Shown here one piece after another: positions 1 through 10,576 of a stretch of DNA of 64,000 bases. The stretch lies in contig CM000435.1 in assembly GCA_000165345.1 (NCBI GenBank), forward strand, positions 544,001 through 608,000, read 5' to 3'. Position 1 is the stretch's first letter. Every line of letters begins with the position of its first letter. Both the position numbers and the translations under genes were made by a program. The notes beneath the pieces were generated by a model, which worked only from the letters and a program-made list of their open reading frames with translations, was not told where the DNA came from and did no database searches.

Positions 1-981
1 GAATTCAATAGCAAAATAAATTCCATAATTATTCAAAGACTTTAGTAAGGACTTACTGTCCAAGTCTTCTCTTGATTTGGCCATTAAAAAGTCGTGAATT
101 TGTTTGTACTTTAAAATGACCCATTCCTTAAGTCTCTGACCAGCAATTTTCGGTATATCAGGAGGAACAAAGTTCGGAAATGTCTTAAATGAAAATCGAT
201 CATCTTCTTTTATGTAAATAACATGGAGAGGCATAACTTCATTCTCTATTCCAATGAAAGAGATAGATGGAAGCCCATCTGGACGATTCTTCGGTATTGT
301 TGCTTTTCCCATTTCAGTTTCTACCAAAAGCTCGTTAATTAAAATTCCTCTAGTCGCACCTTCTAATTCACTGTTATTTACACCTTTAATCAAGCTTGGT
401 ACAACTATTTCTTTAAAGGTTGGCCCGTAAGATTTCTTTTTAGAAATTTCATTACCACCTTTTTTAATAACGCTAAAGAAATCGAGGAATGTTTGAGTTA
501 TTTGGTTTTGAGAATCTCTTGGAGTTAATTTATCGCGTGCTAAACTATGAGAGACTTTCGTATGAGTACCCCAATCAAACATTTGACTTTTACTTTGTTC
601 AGGTTTACACGGCTTCCTCAGGTTGCTGGCATTAACATCAGAAACAGCTTCCCTTTTAGCTTTTGGGCTTGGAGTGCTAGTTACAGGTATGCTGGAATTA
701 TTTTCCGAAGCTGGATTTTCAGGGTCAAAGTATTTTAAGTCTTCAGCATTTAATAACATCCCAAAAAATGTGTCGAATGGATTTTTTCCATGATTATCTG
801 GCTTTTTCCCCCTATTTAAAATTTCGGAAAGTTTTTGCTTAAAATTTTCTTTACAACCAACATTTGTTTCGTTACTTAATTGATTACTGGAAGAAGTCTT
901 TGGATTTCCATGAGCAAAGTTCAACAATAATACAAGTCCAATAAATGGCGTCAAAAATCTTAATTTAGAGTTGTATCTCAT
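1..981 (-). CDS. Partial CDS; its 3' end runs off the window start. Hypothetical secreted protein with an N-terminal signal peptide (MRYNSKLRFLTPFIGLVLLLNFAHG...).
   Basis: I translated the reverse complement by hand. ATG at 981..979 is followed by 327 sense codons with no stop through position 1. The N-terminus has a basic n-region plus a hydrophobic h-region. The gene is missing from the ORF track because it has no in-window stop. I could not recognise a family. Confidence 0.45.
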   Translation of the reverse strand, partial: MRYNSKLRFLTPFIGLVLLLNFAHGNPKTSSSNQLSNETNVGCKENFKQKLSEILNRGKKPDNHGKNPFDTFFGMLLNAEDLKYFDPENPASENNSSIPVTSTPSPKAKREAVSDVNASNLRKPCKPEQSKSQMFDWGTHTKVSHSLARDKLTPRDSQNQITQTFLDFFSVIKKGGNEISKKKSYGPTFKEIVVPSLIKGVNNSELEGATRGILINELLVETEMGKATIPKNRPDGLPSISFIGIENEVMPLHVIYIKEDDRFSFKTFPNFVPPDIPKIAGQRLKEWVILKYKQIHDFLMAKSREDLDSKSLLKSLNNYGIYFAIEF

Positions 982-1803
982 ACTCGCATTTTAGCCTGCT
1001 TCTATATTGTTAAAAGCTCCAGGTATATTGTAATTATAAAAAAGAAAGATACTACTTGAGCAATTTTGACTAAAACAAGTCTATTCAAGAAATTAGACTT
1101 TATTCCTATAATTTATTTCCGTATATTTAAGAGTATCCTTATAGTCAATCCAATACCTGTATTTTTGATTGCGGCGGGAACAATTTTGGACATGCTCAGT
1201 AAAATCTAAAAATATTATTTGAAACATATTTTGGAGCAAATAAATATAAATGTAGTCAAATTAACGCACTAAATCGTATAATAAAGCATTAAAGCAATAC
1301 AAACAATTAGGAGAAGGAACAAAATATTCAACTCCTTGTTGAAATGCAACAGAACTATTAAGGAGAGGCACGGCTAATTTTGTAGAGTTTGGATATTATT
1401 AATGGAATTTATGGCAAATTTACAGTAAGGGCTCAATGGTATTTATAAAATTAGTCAAAGTATTCGAATAAGGAAAAGTAAGCGCCCCTAACAAAAATAA
1501 CTAGTGTTGAGACGGCGTCTTGTGTCTACAAGTGTATTAAATAAGACGATGGCAGCTAGAGACTATGTGATCATTCAATTAAAGGGGAAAACTGAAGAAT
1601 TTAGTTGAATAATTAGTTGAAGTAATTAAATAACATTATTTTTAAATTATTCAAAGGCGCTAACTCAATACTTTTATTCAAAACACTAATTTTTTCTATT
1701 GAATTAATAACAAAGGAATAAGACGCAAGGAAGACCCATTTTCTTTAAAGCAGGAATTTAGGTAGTTTTATTTAAAAATTGGAAAATTCAAATTTAGGCT
1801 AAA

Positions 1804-2469
1804 ATGGCACCTCAGTTAATTTCCAAGAAGCGTAAATTTATTAATGATGGAGTATTTGAGGCAGAATTGAACGAATTCCTCTCTTGTACTCTTGCAGAGG
1901 ATGGTTATGCAGGCGTTGAAGTAAGAGTAACTCCAATTAAGACTGAGATCATCATTAGAGCAACTCGCACACGAGAAGTTCTTGGTGTTAAGGGCCGTAG
2001 AATTCGTGAATTAACTTCTCTTATTCAAAAGAGATTCAACTTTCCAGAGGGAAGCGTCGAACTTTTCGCTGAACGCATTGAGAATAGAGGACTTTGCGCT
2101 ATGGCTCAGGCTGAGTCCTTACGCTATAAGCTACTCAAGGGTGTTGCCGTTAGAAGAGCATGCTATGGTGTATTACGCCACGTTATGGAATCGGGTGCTA
2201 AGGGATGCGAGGTCATTGTTTCTGGTAAACTCAGAGCTCAGAGAGCAAAGAGCATGAAATTCAGAGATGGTTATATGATTGCTACTGGTCAGCCTTTCAG
2301 AGACTTTGTCGACAAGGCAGTTCGTAATGTTATGATGAAACAGGGTGTATTGGGAGTGCAGGTAAAGATTATGCTTCCATATGACCCAGAAGGTAAAACT
2401 GGTCCATCTAAGCCACTACCTGACGCTGTTATGGTTAGAGAACCTAAAGAATACCCCATTAATCAGTAG
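1804..2469 (+). CDS. RPS3: 40S ribosomal protein S3 (KH domain), 221 aa
   Basis: Near full-length colinear match to eukaryotic RPS3: [71 protein letters not shown]. The start is an ATG. Confidence 0.95.
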   Translation: MAPQLISKKRKFINDGVFEAELNEFLSCTLAEDGYAGVEVRVTPIKTEIIIRATRTREVLGVKGRRIRELTSLIQKRFNFPEGSVELFAERIENRGLCAMAQAESLRYKLLKGVAVRRACYGVLRHVMESGAKGCEVIVSGKLRAQRAKSMKFRDGYMIATGQPFRDFVDKAVRNVMMKQGVLGVQVKIMLPYDPEGKTGPSKPLPDAVMVREPKEYPINQ

Positions 2470-2709
2470 AACGGAATGTTGTCTATCATAACTAGAATTA
2501 TTATTCAAAATTAGGCTAAGGGTCTTTTCTATGAAAAGATCAAGTCATTGTCCCAATTTTAATTCTTATCTCACTTGTTAGTCCCTTTTCGTATATTTTT
2601 ATTTTTGCCCAATTTTTCCTTTTTGAAATGTTTTCCAATTTGTTTAGTGTATTGGTTTGCGTTAACGCGCACTAAACGATAACTCCGAGATCAGTCATAA
2701 GTTTGTAAG

Positions 2710-3708
2710 ATGATTGGGTTACAAGAGCTATGCGAAATTTATTGGATGGAATTAATAGCATTCTGGGTTCTGTTAATTATGGTTATTGTACTGCTAAGAG
2801 GGATTAGGTCAAACTATGAGGTCGCAATTAACTGGTTTAAGTCTTCTCAAGAATTTTTAGAGTCCAATTTTAGCAGATCAGCATTAATAAAAAAATCATT
2901 TTGGCTGGATTCCTGGAGTCAATTCGATATTTTTGCAACAGGAAGAAAAAATTGCCCATTTATGTATATGAATGTCATTTGTAAGCCAAGGCAAGATTTA
3001 CTTACAGGAATTTTATTACAGCCTTTGTTAAGAAACTATGATAAGGTGTATATTGAAATTCCCATTGAGAAAATGGAGCCAATTATGCTATTGGTATGTA
3101 GTAAAGGTGAACTCAAAAGTGCTTTAATTGACTATCCAGAAATAGAAATTCACTGCTCTCAAAAGAAAATAAATCTTTCTAAGAACATTGTTTATGCCAA
3201 CAGCAATGCATGCGTTGAGTATATATTAACTTCTGGTTCATTTTCAAAGTTCATTTCCTCGCAATTAGCAGAAAGGCTTGTAAATTATATTTATATCTCT
3301 GATCAAACTACGTGTCCAAGGCTAACTAATAGCTATTCAAAAATTACAAGCGTGTTAAAGGCATGCATTAGAGTCCCTTCTAAAGATGATATTGATTTTA
3401 TGAGCCATAATAATTTAAACTTGAATTATCTTTTTAAAAATATTTTATCTCTTTGCGAGACTCTTCAAACTCTAGAACTTCCAGAGAAGACAATTCAGCA
3501 TATAAACAACAATAGATTGCAAATTGAAAAAACATTCTCTAAAATGAATAATAATGGGGTAAATGAGAAGGTTGAGGCCAAAAGACGAGAGAAAATTCGA
3601 TCTGAAGCTATTAAAGTAAGCAGAATGAGCCCAAAAGAGCAAAAAAAATATCAAGAGAAAAAGGATAAGCAACAGGCCAGATCTAGAATTAAATTGAAAA
3701 AAGTATAA
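2710..3708 (+). CDS. Hypothetical membrane protein: one N-terminal TM helix (LIAFWVLLIMVIVLL) and a K/R/E-rich coiled-coil C-terminus. Architecture is reminiscent of DUF1682/CCDC47-like ER proteins, which is speculative.
   Basis: 332-aa ORF with an ATG start. The TM segment and charged C-terminal tail are visible in the sequence. The family assignment is a guess from architecture only. Confidence 0.4.
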   Translation: MIGLQELCEIYWMELIAFWVLLIMVIVLLRGIRSNYEVAINWFKSSQEFLESNFSRSALIKKSFWLDSWSQFDIFATGRKNCPFMYMNVICKPRQDLLTGILLQPLLRNYDKVYIEIPIEKMEPIMLLVCSKGELKSALIDYPEIEIHCSQKKINLSKNIVYANSNACVEYILTSGSFSKFISSQLAERLVNYIYISDQTTCPRLTNSYSKITSVLKACIRVPSKDDIDFMSHNNLNLNYLFKNILSLCETLQTLELPEKTIQHINNNRLQIEKTFSKMNNNGVNEKVEAKRREKIRSEAIKVSRMSPKEQKKYQEKKDKQQARSRIKLKKV

Positions 3709-3835
3709 ACTTGACACCTGCGAGCTAATTTTTAGAACATTTGTTATCCTATATAATAAAATTTCAATCCACTATTAATTGTTAGACTTGAATATTTTCT
3801 TAAAGCCTAAAATAACTATGATATGTTGATATTTC

Positions 3836-4954
3836 TCAACCTTTATAGCTGAATGTTAAATTATTGAGATTAGAATTTGGAAGCGTTGTATTATTATTTG
3901 ATCTACTCTGTTGCACATTTTTTCTGTAAGTTGGAGAGGCGAGAGGCGAAAACCCAATCGGAGACGCAAGTCCTTCCGCAGATTTTTGCTCAATATACCT
4001 TACTACGGATGGATTTGGAGTAACTGTGTACTTTGCACTAGAACTTATTTGGCTGTAGCTAGTTGGGGAGAACATTTGCTGTGGACTTGAGGGGCTGAAT
4101 TTGTTTATCGATTTGGCCGATACAGGGGATGCTAATGCATCACCAATTCCTCCATTTGACATAAGATTTGAATTAGGCCATACAGTTCTCCAGGATGTTC
4201 CTTGAACGTTAGTATTGTTGTAAACTCTAGATTGTGGTGAAGTTGCAGGAAAAGCTCCGCTTTTAGCAGTATTTTGTACTCTATATGAATTTATGGAACT
4301 TTCCACAAGATTAGTATTAACTCTCACAAATCTTGGAGAAGATGCCGGAATATTTTTATCTTTAGAGCTTGTTTTGACCTCTTGAAAATTTGACTTGTAG
4401 TTGGATTGAGATTTATTATTAAAAGAAGATGAATTTGAAGAAACATAGTTTTGTTGTCTTGTCTGGGCATTTGATACATTTGGAGAAGCGATTTTTGAAA
4501 GTTCCAAGTTAGGGACGCTTTGAATTTGCCCCTTTTCTATAATACTTGCTGCTTCAGATTCCACATTTCGAGAATTATCTTGGGATTTTGAAGATGAGCT
4601 CGCAAGGTTTTTGCTTTCACTGTTTTTTCGTGAATATTTATTATTATTTGAAGTTTCAGATTTACCATCATATTTCTTTGGCTTATCTCCATTAATTTGG
4701 GAAATACTTTTGTTACCACAAGGCTCTTGCCTTAATTCATTTAAAAGAGAAGCATTGAGAACTAATTGATTTGGAATAAAGCCTGTATTGAAATATGATG
4801 GAGTTCTTTTATTGGAGCTATCTAAAACAGAATTTAGGCTTGAAACTGAGCTTTCAAGCCCTATTTTCGGAATTCTAGACTCATCCAAGCCAACTTTAGC
4901 CTCCATTTCGTATATTAATGTAAATATACTTAAAGCTCTTTCAATAATAAACAT
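3836..4954 (-). CDS. Hypothetical Ser/Asn-rich low-complexity protein (372 aa)
   Basis: Long ORF with an ATG start. It has S/N-rich low-complexity composition typical of lineage-specific proteins in AT-rich protists. No recognisable domain. Confidence 0.4.
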   Translation of the reverse strand: MFIIERALSIFTLIYEMEAKVGLDESRIPKIGLESSVSSLNSVLDSSNKRTPSYFNTGFIPNQLVLNASLLNELRQEPCGNKSISQINGDKPKKYDGKSETSNNNKYSRKNSESKNLASSSSKSQDNSRNVESEAASIIEKGQIQSVPNLELSKIASPNVSNAQTRQQNYVSSNSSSFNNKSQSNYKSNFQEVKTSSKDKNIPASSPRFVRVNTNLVESSINSYRVQNTAKSGAFPATSPQSRVYNNTNVQGTSWRTVWPNSNLMSNGGIGDALASPVSAKSINKFSPSSPQQMFSPTSYSQISSSAKYTVTPNPSVVRYIEQKSAEGLASPIGFSPLASPTYRKNVQQSRSNNNTTLPNSNLNNLTFSYKG

Positions 4955-5623
4955 TTTTAAAGGTTGATTTTTGCAAGCAATATAAACTATTATATCTATA
5001 TTTATATAGATATATAGAATTTTCAGGATTCACTGTGTAAAACTATATTAATTCAAACTTATTTTTGTTTTTCATAACATATTCTTGCAACGTTGGGTCA
5101 CAGATAGACATCACACAACATTAAAGTAATGGTTTGGCGCCTATTCATTTTCAGATCAAATTGCATATCTCAAATTTAATGCTTAAATATTAAGAACGAT
5201 TTGTCCTTATTTTGAGCAATCAACATATTACAGATATCATCGAGGCTACTAAGATCTCCGCGGAAATTCCGAAAAAAGAGCAAAACTCATGCAACAAAAG
5301 GCCTGGCTCAGCTACTAGCAGGAGAATCAATAATAGTGTAAAAACCTTTAAAACTAGGTCTCTAAATGACAGATAAGGAAATAAAACTATAGTACAGTAG
5401 AAATTCAGGAGAGGTAGTTTCGTTCAAATAAGAGTTAGTAGTTTCTAGATATAAATTATATCATAATACGAGTACTTCCTGAGATCTGGATCAAGAGTTA
5501 AATCCAACTTCCTGATAAAAGCCGTTGTAAAGCTCATGGTTTGTCATAACCCTAATCCAAAGGATAAATAAGAGGTGGCAAGGCATCTCTGCTCCGAGTA
5601 TTATTAATATCATATTAAGTAGT

Positions 5624-6022
<399 letters not shown>

Positions 6023-6805
6023 CTAGTTTAAAAACAAACTTTCTATTAACAACTTCAATGATAATTCGTCTTGCTTTGAAGCAATTTACTGTCAAGCCCG
6101 CATCTTTTCCGTGTTGAGTTCCTTAGACTATGGCGTCTCGGAGTCTCGTCTTCTGGCGGGTCGTGCTAAATACCTTTTAAAACTTCTTTCTATAGTAACT
6201 GAGTGATTCTTCTTCTTATTCTAGATCAATTATATTTTGTAATCATTTTAGAATTTATATATTTTGAGACTGCCATCTGCGCATTTATCTATGGCATGAA
6301 TCCCAGGGTTTCATCGGACTTTCATGATGGAAACTGAAACTAAAACTGAGTGTTTATACAAGTTTCACAACTTGTACTAAGCAATATTCATGCCGACATT
6401 AAACATAATTGGTGACATTTTGTTTTACATTGCCACCTCAAAGGAGTAATCAGGACCCAATTATTAATCATTTGAGTTATTGAGGTAGTTATTGCTCCTA
6501 AATATTTTTATTCACTTCATTTGAGAAGCCAGATGTTTATGAGATTTCTTAAAATAGATAGGCCAGTCTAGTTATATGTCTTTACTAATATGTTCAATTC
6601 CGAATGATATTGTTTTCTTCTCTAGGCTAAATTTAATTTCTTCTATTGAACTGCATTCCCGCTCGATCCTTCATACATTTCCTTGACCTGCTGAATATTT
6701 TCTGTAGAAATGATAGATTTATTATTCAAACAAATAGTTGGATAATAAAATAAATTAATGATTATAACTATAGTTCAATTGTATTAACTTCTGTTTTTAA
6801 GCTAA

Positions 6806-7542
6806 ATGGTATGTCAAAAAAGTCCACTGAAGATTTTTATTATTAATTTGCAGGGTGTAGCTAAAAGAACTAGAAAATTTGCAGCGGTGAAACGCATTTT
6901 GAACCCCAATGATAGTAGAGTTAAACAGTAAGTTAACCAAGAAGTTCACTTTCAGCAAATATTTCAATTTCATGTAGAAATAAGCAAAGTAACAAAGTAG
7001 ATGCCCGCAATGATAGTAATGATAAACTAAGAGAAGTGTAAGTTTTAAAACTATTAAACCGTTCTTAATAATATTCCTTTAGGCCAAATGTACCTTCTAG
7101 CTTGTTTTTCAATTATAACAATAATTTGGGCCCTCCCTTCCACATCCTACTCGATACCAATTTTATTAACTTTTCTATACAGCATAAACTAGATATATTT
7201 AAGGGAACAATGGATTGCCTCGTAGCTAAGTGTATCCCTTGCATTACTGATTGTGTAATAGGGGAACTCGAAAAGATGGGTCACCGTTACAACTTGGCTT
7301 TGAAACTAGCTAGAGATCCCAGATTCAAACGTCTGCACTGTCTGCATAAAGGGACTTATGCGGACGATTGCATAGTGCAAAGAGTAACTGAACATAAATG
7401 TTACATAGTGGGAACGAATGATACCGAACTAAAGAGGCGCATACGTAGAATACCAGGCGTCCCAATAATGTATGTTACCAACCATAAATATTCGATTGAG
7501 AGACTACCGGAATCACTAGTCTCTGTTCCGCTGAAAAAGTAG
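6806..7542 (+). CDS. FCF1: rRNA-processing PIN-domain protein Fcf1/Utp24. The 4-exon model is join(6806..6808,6854..6927,6978..7037,7083..7542) and gives 198 aa.
   Basis: The track ORF 7102..7542 starts at a TTG and encodes only the PIN domain (FHILLDTNFINF...DCVIGELEKMG...KGTYADDCIV...KCYIVGTNDTELKRRIRRIPGVPIMYV). The conserved Fcf1 N-terminus MGVAKRTRKFAAVKRILNPNDSRVKQ lies upstream. It joins in frame through three short introns: GTATGT..CAG 45 nt, GTAAGT..TAG 50 nt and GTAAGT..TAG 45 nt. Exon 1 is the ATG alone. Total length equals human FCF1. Intron 1 is a 45-nt stop-free multiple of three, so read-through cannot be excluded from sequence alone. Confidence 0.7.
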
Positions 7543-7776
7543 CTCAACTTTCAGATCTTAATTATATTTTGTTGTATTTGTTGTGCATTTTATTGTGAAT
7601 ACGTATATTTTGGCGAATCATGGCATAGTTGTGACGCCGCCTTTGTTCATGTCTCTTGTCTATCCTGTTTCACTTAACGCGAAAACTGATCGGAGGACGG
7701 ATTCAGGTTATTAACTCCTTAGGAGATTTATACTGTCTTGATTTTTGTAACTTTTTAGCTTTTATTGAGTTTGAAT

Positions 7777-8259
7777 ATGTCTGAAGACGAGCAGCAGTTC
7801 GATTCCGTTGATGCAGGAGCTTCCCACTGCTACCCAATGGCTGCTGGTTCAATCAAGAAGAATGGATACTGTATGTTGAAAGGAAAGCCTTGCAAGGTTG
7901 TAGATATGTCGACTTCCAAAACCGGTAAACATGGCCACGCAAAAGCCCACATTGTCGGTTTAGACATATTTACAAATAAGAAATACGAAGATGTTTGTCC
8001 AACATCGCATAATATGGCAGTTCCATTCGTGAAGAGAAGCGAGTACCAGTTGATAGATATCCATGATAACTTTACATCACTTTTGACCGAAAATGGATCT
8101 ACCAAGGATGATTTAGCACTACCAACTGATGCTGAAGGTAACCCTGACGAAGTAGCTATTCAAATTCAGCAAATGTACGCGGATGGCAAGGCAATCCTTG
8201 TTGGAGTGCTTGCTGCCTGCGGAATAGAGAAGATTGTTTCTGCTAAAGAGTTGGCATAG
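7777..8259 (+). CDS. EIF5A: Translation initiation factor eIF-5A (hypusine-containing), 160 aa
   Basis: DAGAS...YPMAAGSIKKNGYCMLKGKPCKVVDMSTSKTGKHGHAKAHIVGLDIF matches the eIF5A hypusine loop (STSKTGKHGHAK). The track start 7765 is a TTG; the first ATG is at 7777 (MSEDEQQF...). Confidence 0.95.
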   Translation: MSEDEQQFDSVDAGASHCYPMAAGSIKKNGYCMLKGKPCKVVDMSTSKTGKHGHAKAHIVGLDIFTNKKYEDVCPTSHNMAVPFVKRSEYQLIDIHDNFTSLLTENGSTKDDLALPTDAEGNPDEVAIQIQQMYADGKAILVGVLAACGIEKIVSAKELA

Positions 8260-8412
8260 CCCTATCGTTAATTAGTAAAAAAAAAAATATTTTGGGATTT
8301 CCCTTTGTAGACTAGGTTCTAACTCTTTTCTTCAACTTGCCTATTTTTGTTTTGCTTGGAAACCTAATATAGCTAAGTTTTAGTATTCTTAATTTGATCC
8401 TCTTTTTAATCA

Positions 8413-10068
8413 TTAGTAAGGCAACAGACTTGAGAATATTGGTCCAAGCTTGGGTAGAGATATGAGGGCGTTAATTACGTTCTCCGCTGGGAACATGAGT
8501 TCTATCTTAGATTCTTTGTTGCTGTTAGCTCTAATAGCGCCTCTATGAAAAGAACTACTTCTCTTTGTGACCTTGGTTCCATTGGAGACGGATATTACAT
8601 TGTTTGATTCAAGGGCATCAAGCATATCTTTGTATTCTTCAGGAGGAGTAATGAGTTCTGCGCAAATTTGTTGGTATTTTCTTTTTGAATGGCATATTGA
8701 TGCTCTGCTGTTAGTTACTTTGGAAGCTAAAAACTCATCTTTTTCTGTTTTAAGACTATTATAGCCTTCTTTAGTTTGAATTTGCTCATCAATAATTGCC
8801 AGTATAATTCCCATTATGACATATTGTTGATGGAGAGGAAGAGTTTTAATTAAGTTTAGTCTTCCCTGATTTGTCTGGTGTATTCTCCCAATAACATTTT
8901 GAAAGCTAGCAATAGGTACTGACATATTTGCAGGCATTGATCTAGTTCTCAACCTATGTAGATTATTGACTTCCTGTGAATCAAGTGGGCTCCTATTATA
9001 TTTAGGGCTACTTTCTCTTGTAGATACATTACTTAAATCCTCCATTTGAATTGAATTACCATCTTCACTTTCATCACTGGCTGTTTTCTCCTTTTGGATT
9101 TGGCTTTGTCTTTCAAATACAAACTTTCCTAAAGTTAAATAACAAGCATCTAATGTTCTCCTACAATCTCCATAAATGCTTGCAACTTTTCTAACGCACA
9201 ATTCAATACCAGCCTTGTTGAGAAGTGAATCATTTTTAAAGTTGCTTGCTCGTTCAATTCTTTGTAAAACTATATCCTTTAATGTATTGTGACTATATGG
9301 TGAGAAAACCATAAGTTTAATTCTTCCTTTGTTCTTGAGATTAACTCCGATTTTTTTTACAATCTCATTCCCTATCTGCACCGTATTAGAAGCTACTATA
9401 AGCACAAATCCTGAATTTGGAAAGTTGATTATTGCTTTGAATAATTCAAAAACAGCATCTCCATGATTCCGGTTACTCCGAGCTAAATCTATTTCATCAA
9501 TGAACACAATAAATTTAGCTCTTTTATTTGAAATTTGTTTCATGAAATACATTATGCATTCTTGAAATCCTTCATTCCTGCTAATTCTTTTAAATTCTTC
9601 AATTATACGAGTTTGAAACTTCATAAGATCTAATAAGTGAACAAAAAGGGAAATTCCATTTGGCAAGCCTGAGTTTTTATTAAAACATGAAACAACCTTT
9701 GATGCATTAGTGCGAACTATCTTGTAACTTGAAGGCTTTACAAATCCTAACTTTGATGAATCATTTTCTAGAATATTTAAAATACGGTTTATTGTGCACG
9801 TTTTTCCTGTTCCAGGTGAGCCAGAAATATAGATAATCCCTGAAATACTGCATGAGATACAGTTCCTAATATATTCTGAAATTTCTTTAAATTCATTTGC
9901 TCTACCCAAGAATTCCCAATTACTAGGGGGCTCTGATTTTAAGCTTTTTAATATTTTTTTTGTATAAAATTCATCTAGCATATAATCATCTTCAAAACCT
10001 AAATTTTTGCTAGCTTCTTCATCTCCAGAATCATCATGAAACCTACATCTTTTCTTTTTTGTAGACAT
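8413..10068 (-). CDS. Cdc6/Orc1-family AAA+ replication-initiation ATPase (551 aa). No BAH domain is apparent.
   Basis: Walker A GSPGTGKT and a Walker B-like FIVFIDEID are in the AAA+ context typical of Cdc6/Orc1. A C-terminal winged-helix-like region follows. ATG start. Confidence 0.75.
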   Translation of the reverse strand: MSTKKKRCRFHDDSGDEEASKNLGFEDDYMLDEFYTKKILKSLKSEPPSNWEFLGRANEFKEISEYIRNCISCSISGIIYISGSPGTGKTCTINRILNILENDSSKLGFVKPSSYKIVRTNASKVVSCFNKNSGLPNGISLFVHLLDLMKFQTRIIEEFKRISRNEGFQECIMYFMKQISNKRAKFIVFIDEIDLARSNRNHGDAVFELFKAIINFPNSGFVLIVASNTVQIGNEIVKKIGVNLKNKGRIKLMVFSPYSHNTLKDIVLQRIERASNFKNDSLLNKAGIELCVRKVASIYGDCRRTLDACYLTLGKFVFERQSQIQKEKTASDESEDGNSIQMEDLSNVSTRESSPKYNRSPLDSQEVNNLHRLRTRSMPANMSVPIASFQNVIGRIHQTNQGRLNLIKTLPLHQQYVIMGIILAIIDEQIQTKEGYNSLKTEKDEFLASKVTNSRASICHSKRKYQQICAELITPPEEYKDMLDALESNNVISVSNGTKVTKRSSSFHRGAIRANSNKESKIELMFPAENVINALISLPKLGPIFSSLLPY

Positions 10069-10576
10069 ATTAATAATCTTTCATCGCTCAAATTATTTAT
10101 TGAAACTTTTTAATAATCTGAAAATCAGATTAAAAATGTGAATTCAGGTTTGTTAATGTTAATAGCCGTTGCAAAAGAATGGCAGTTAACGTTAACTTTA
10201 ATTATTTTTTATCGATTTTTTTTAACTTTGCCGGCATGCCAACATGTGTGGGTTTAATAAAAACAATGTCACCCCACGACATGCAACTGTTGGCGCATAT
10301 AATAACGTTATTTAACATAAATAAAAAATGAAAACTGAATAAATTATCCGTAAATAACTTAATTTGTAAAAGTAAGACTTTAATAAAGACAATAAGTCTA
10401 CTATAATAACATGTTGGATGTGATAAATGCATTAATTCCATTCCAATTATTTGATATTACTTTTGAAATTATTTCAGTATTCGATTTTTAATTCATGCGC
10501 AAAAAAAAAAGCGGTTTGGTGCATTGTTGAAGATGCAGCGGATTCTACATATTAATTTTAAATATTAACTCAGAAG

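Noticed and set aside
547-738. 63-aa + strand ORF
   Set aside because: It lies antisense inside the 327-codon open minus-strand signal-peptide gene (1..981). Its composition is random and no homology is recognisable.
3472-3717. 81-aa minus ORF
   Set aside because: Antisense to the 3' end of the 2710..3708 gene. Its hydrophobic composition comes from the AT-rich antisense of the K-rich coding sequence.
6100-6200. GC-richer patch upstream of the ubiquitin-L40 gene, considered as a possible snRNA or tRNA
   Set aside because: No match to U1-U6 conserved boxes. No tRNA cloverleaf or A/B-box was found. It is more likely a 5' UTR or promoter.
7102-7110. TTG start of the Fcf1 track ORF
   Set aside because: It is internal to exon 4 of the spliced Fcf1 model. 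The conserved N-terminus lies upstream, and TTG is only the track's permissive start rule.
10202-10441. 79-aa minus ORF in the Cdc6/thioesterase spacer
   Set aside because: Low-complexity and hydrophobic, with no homology. It sits in a promoter region between two divergent genes.
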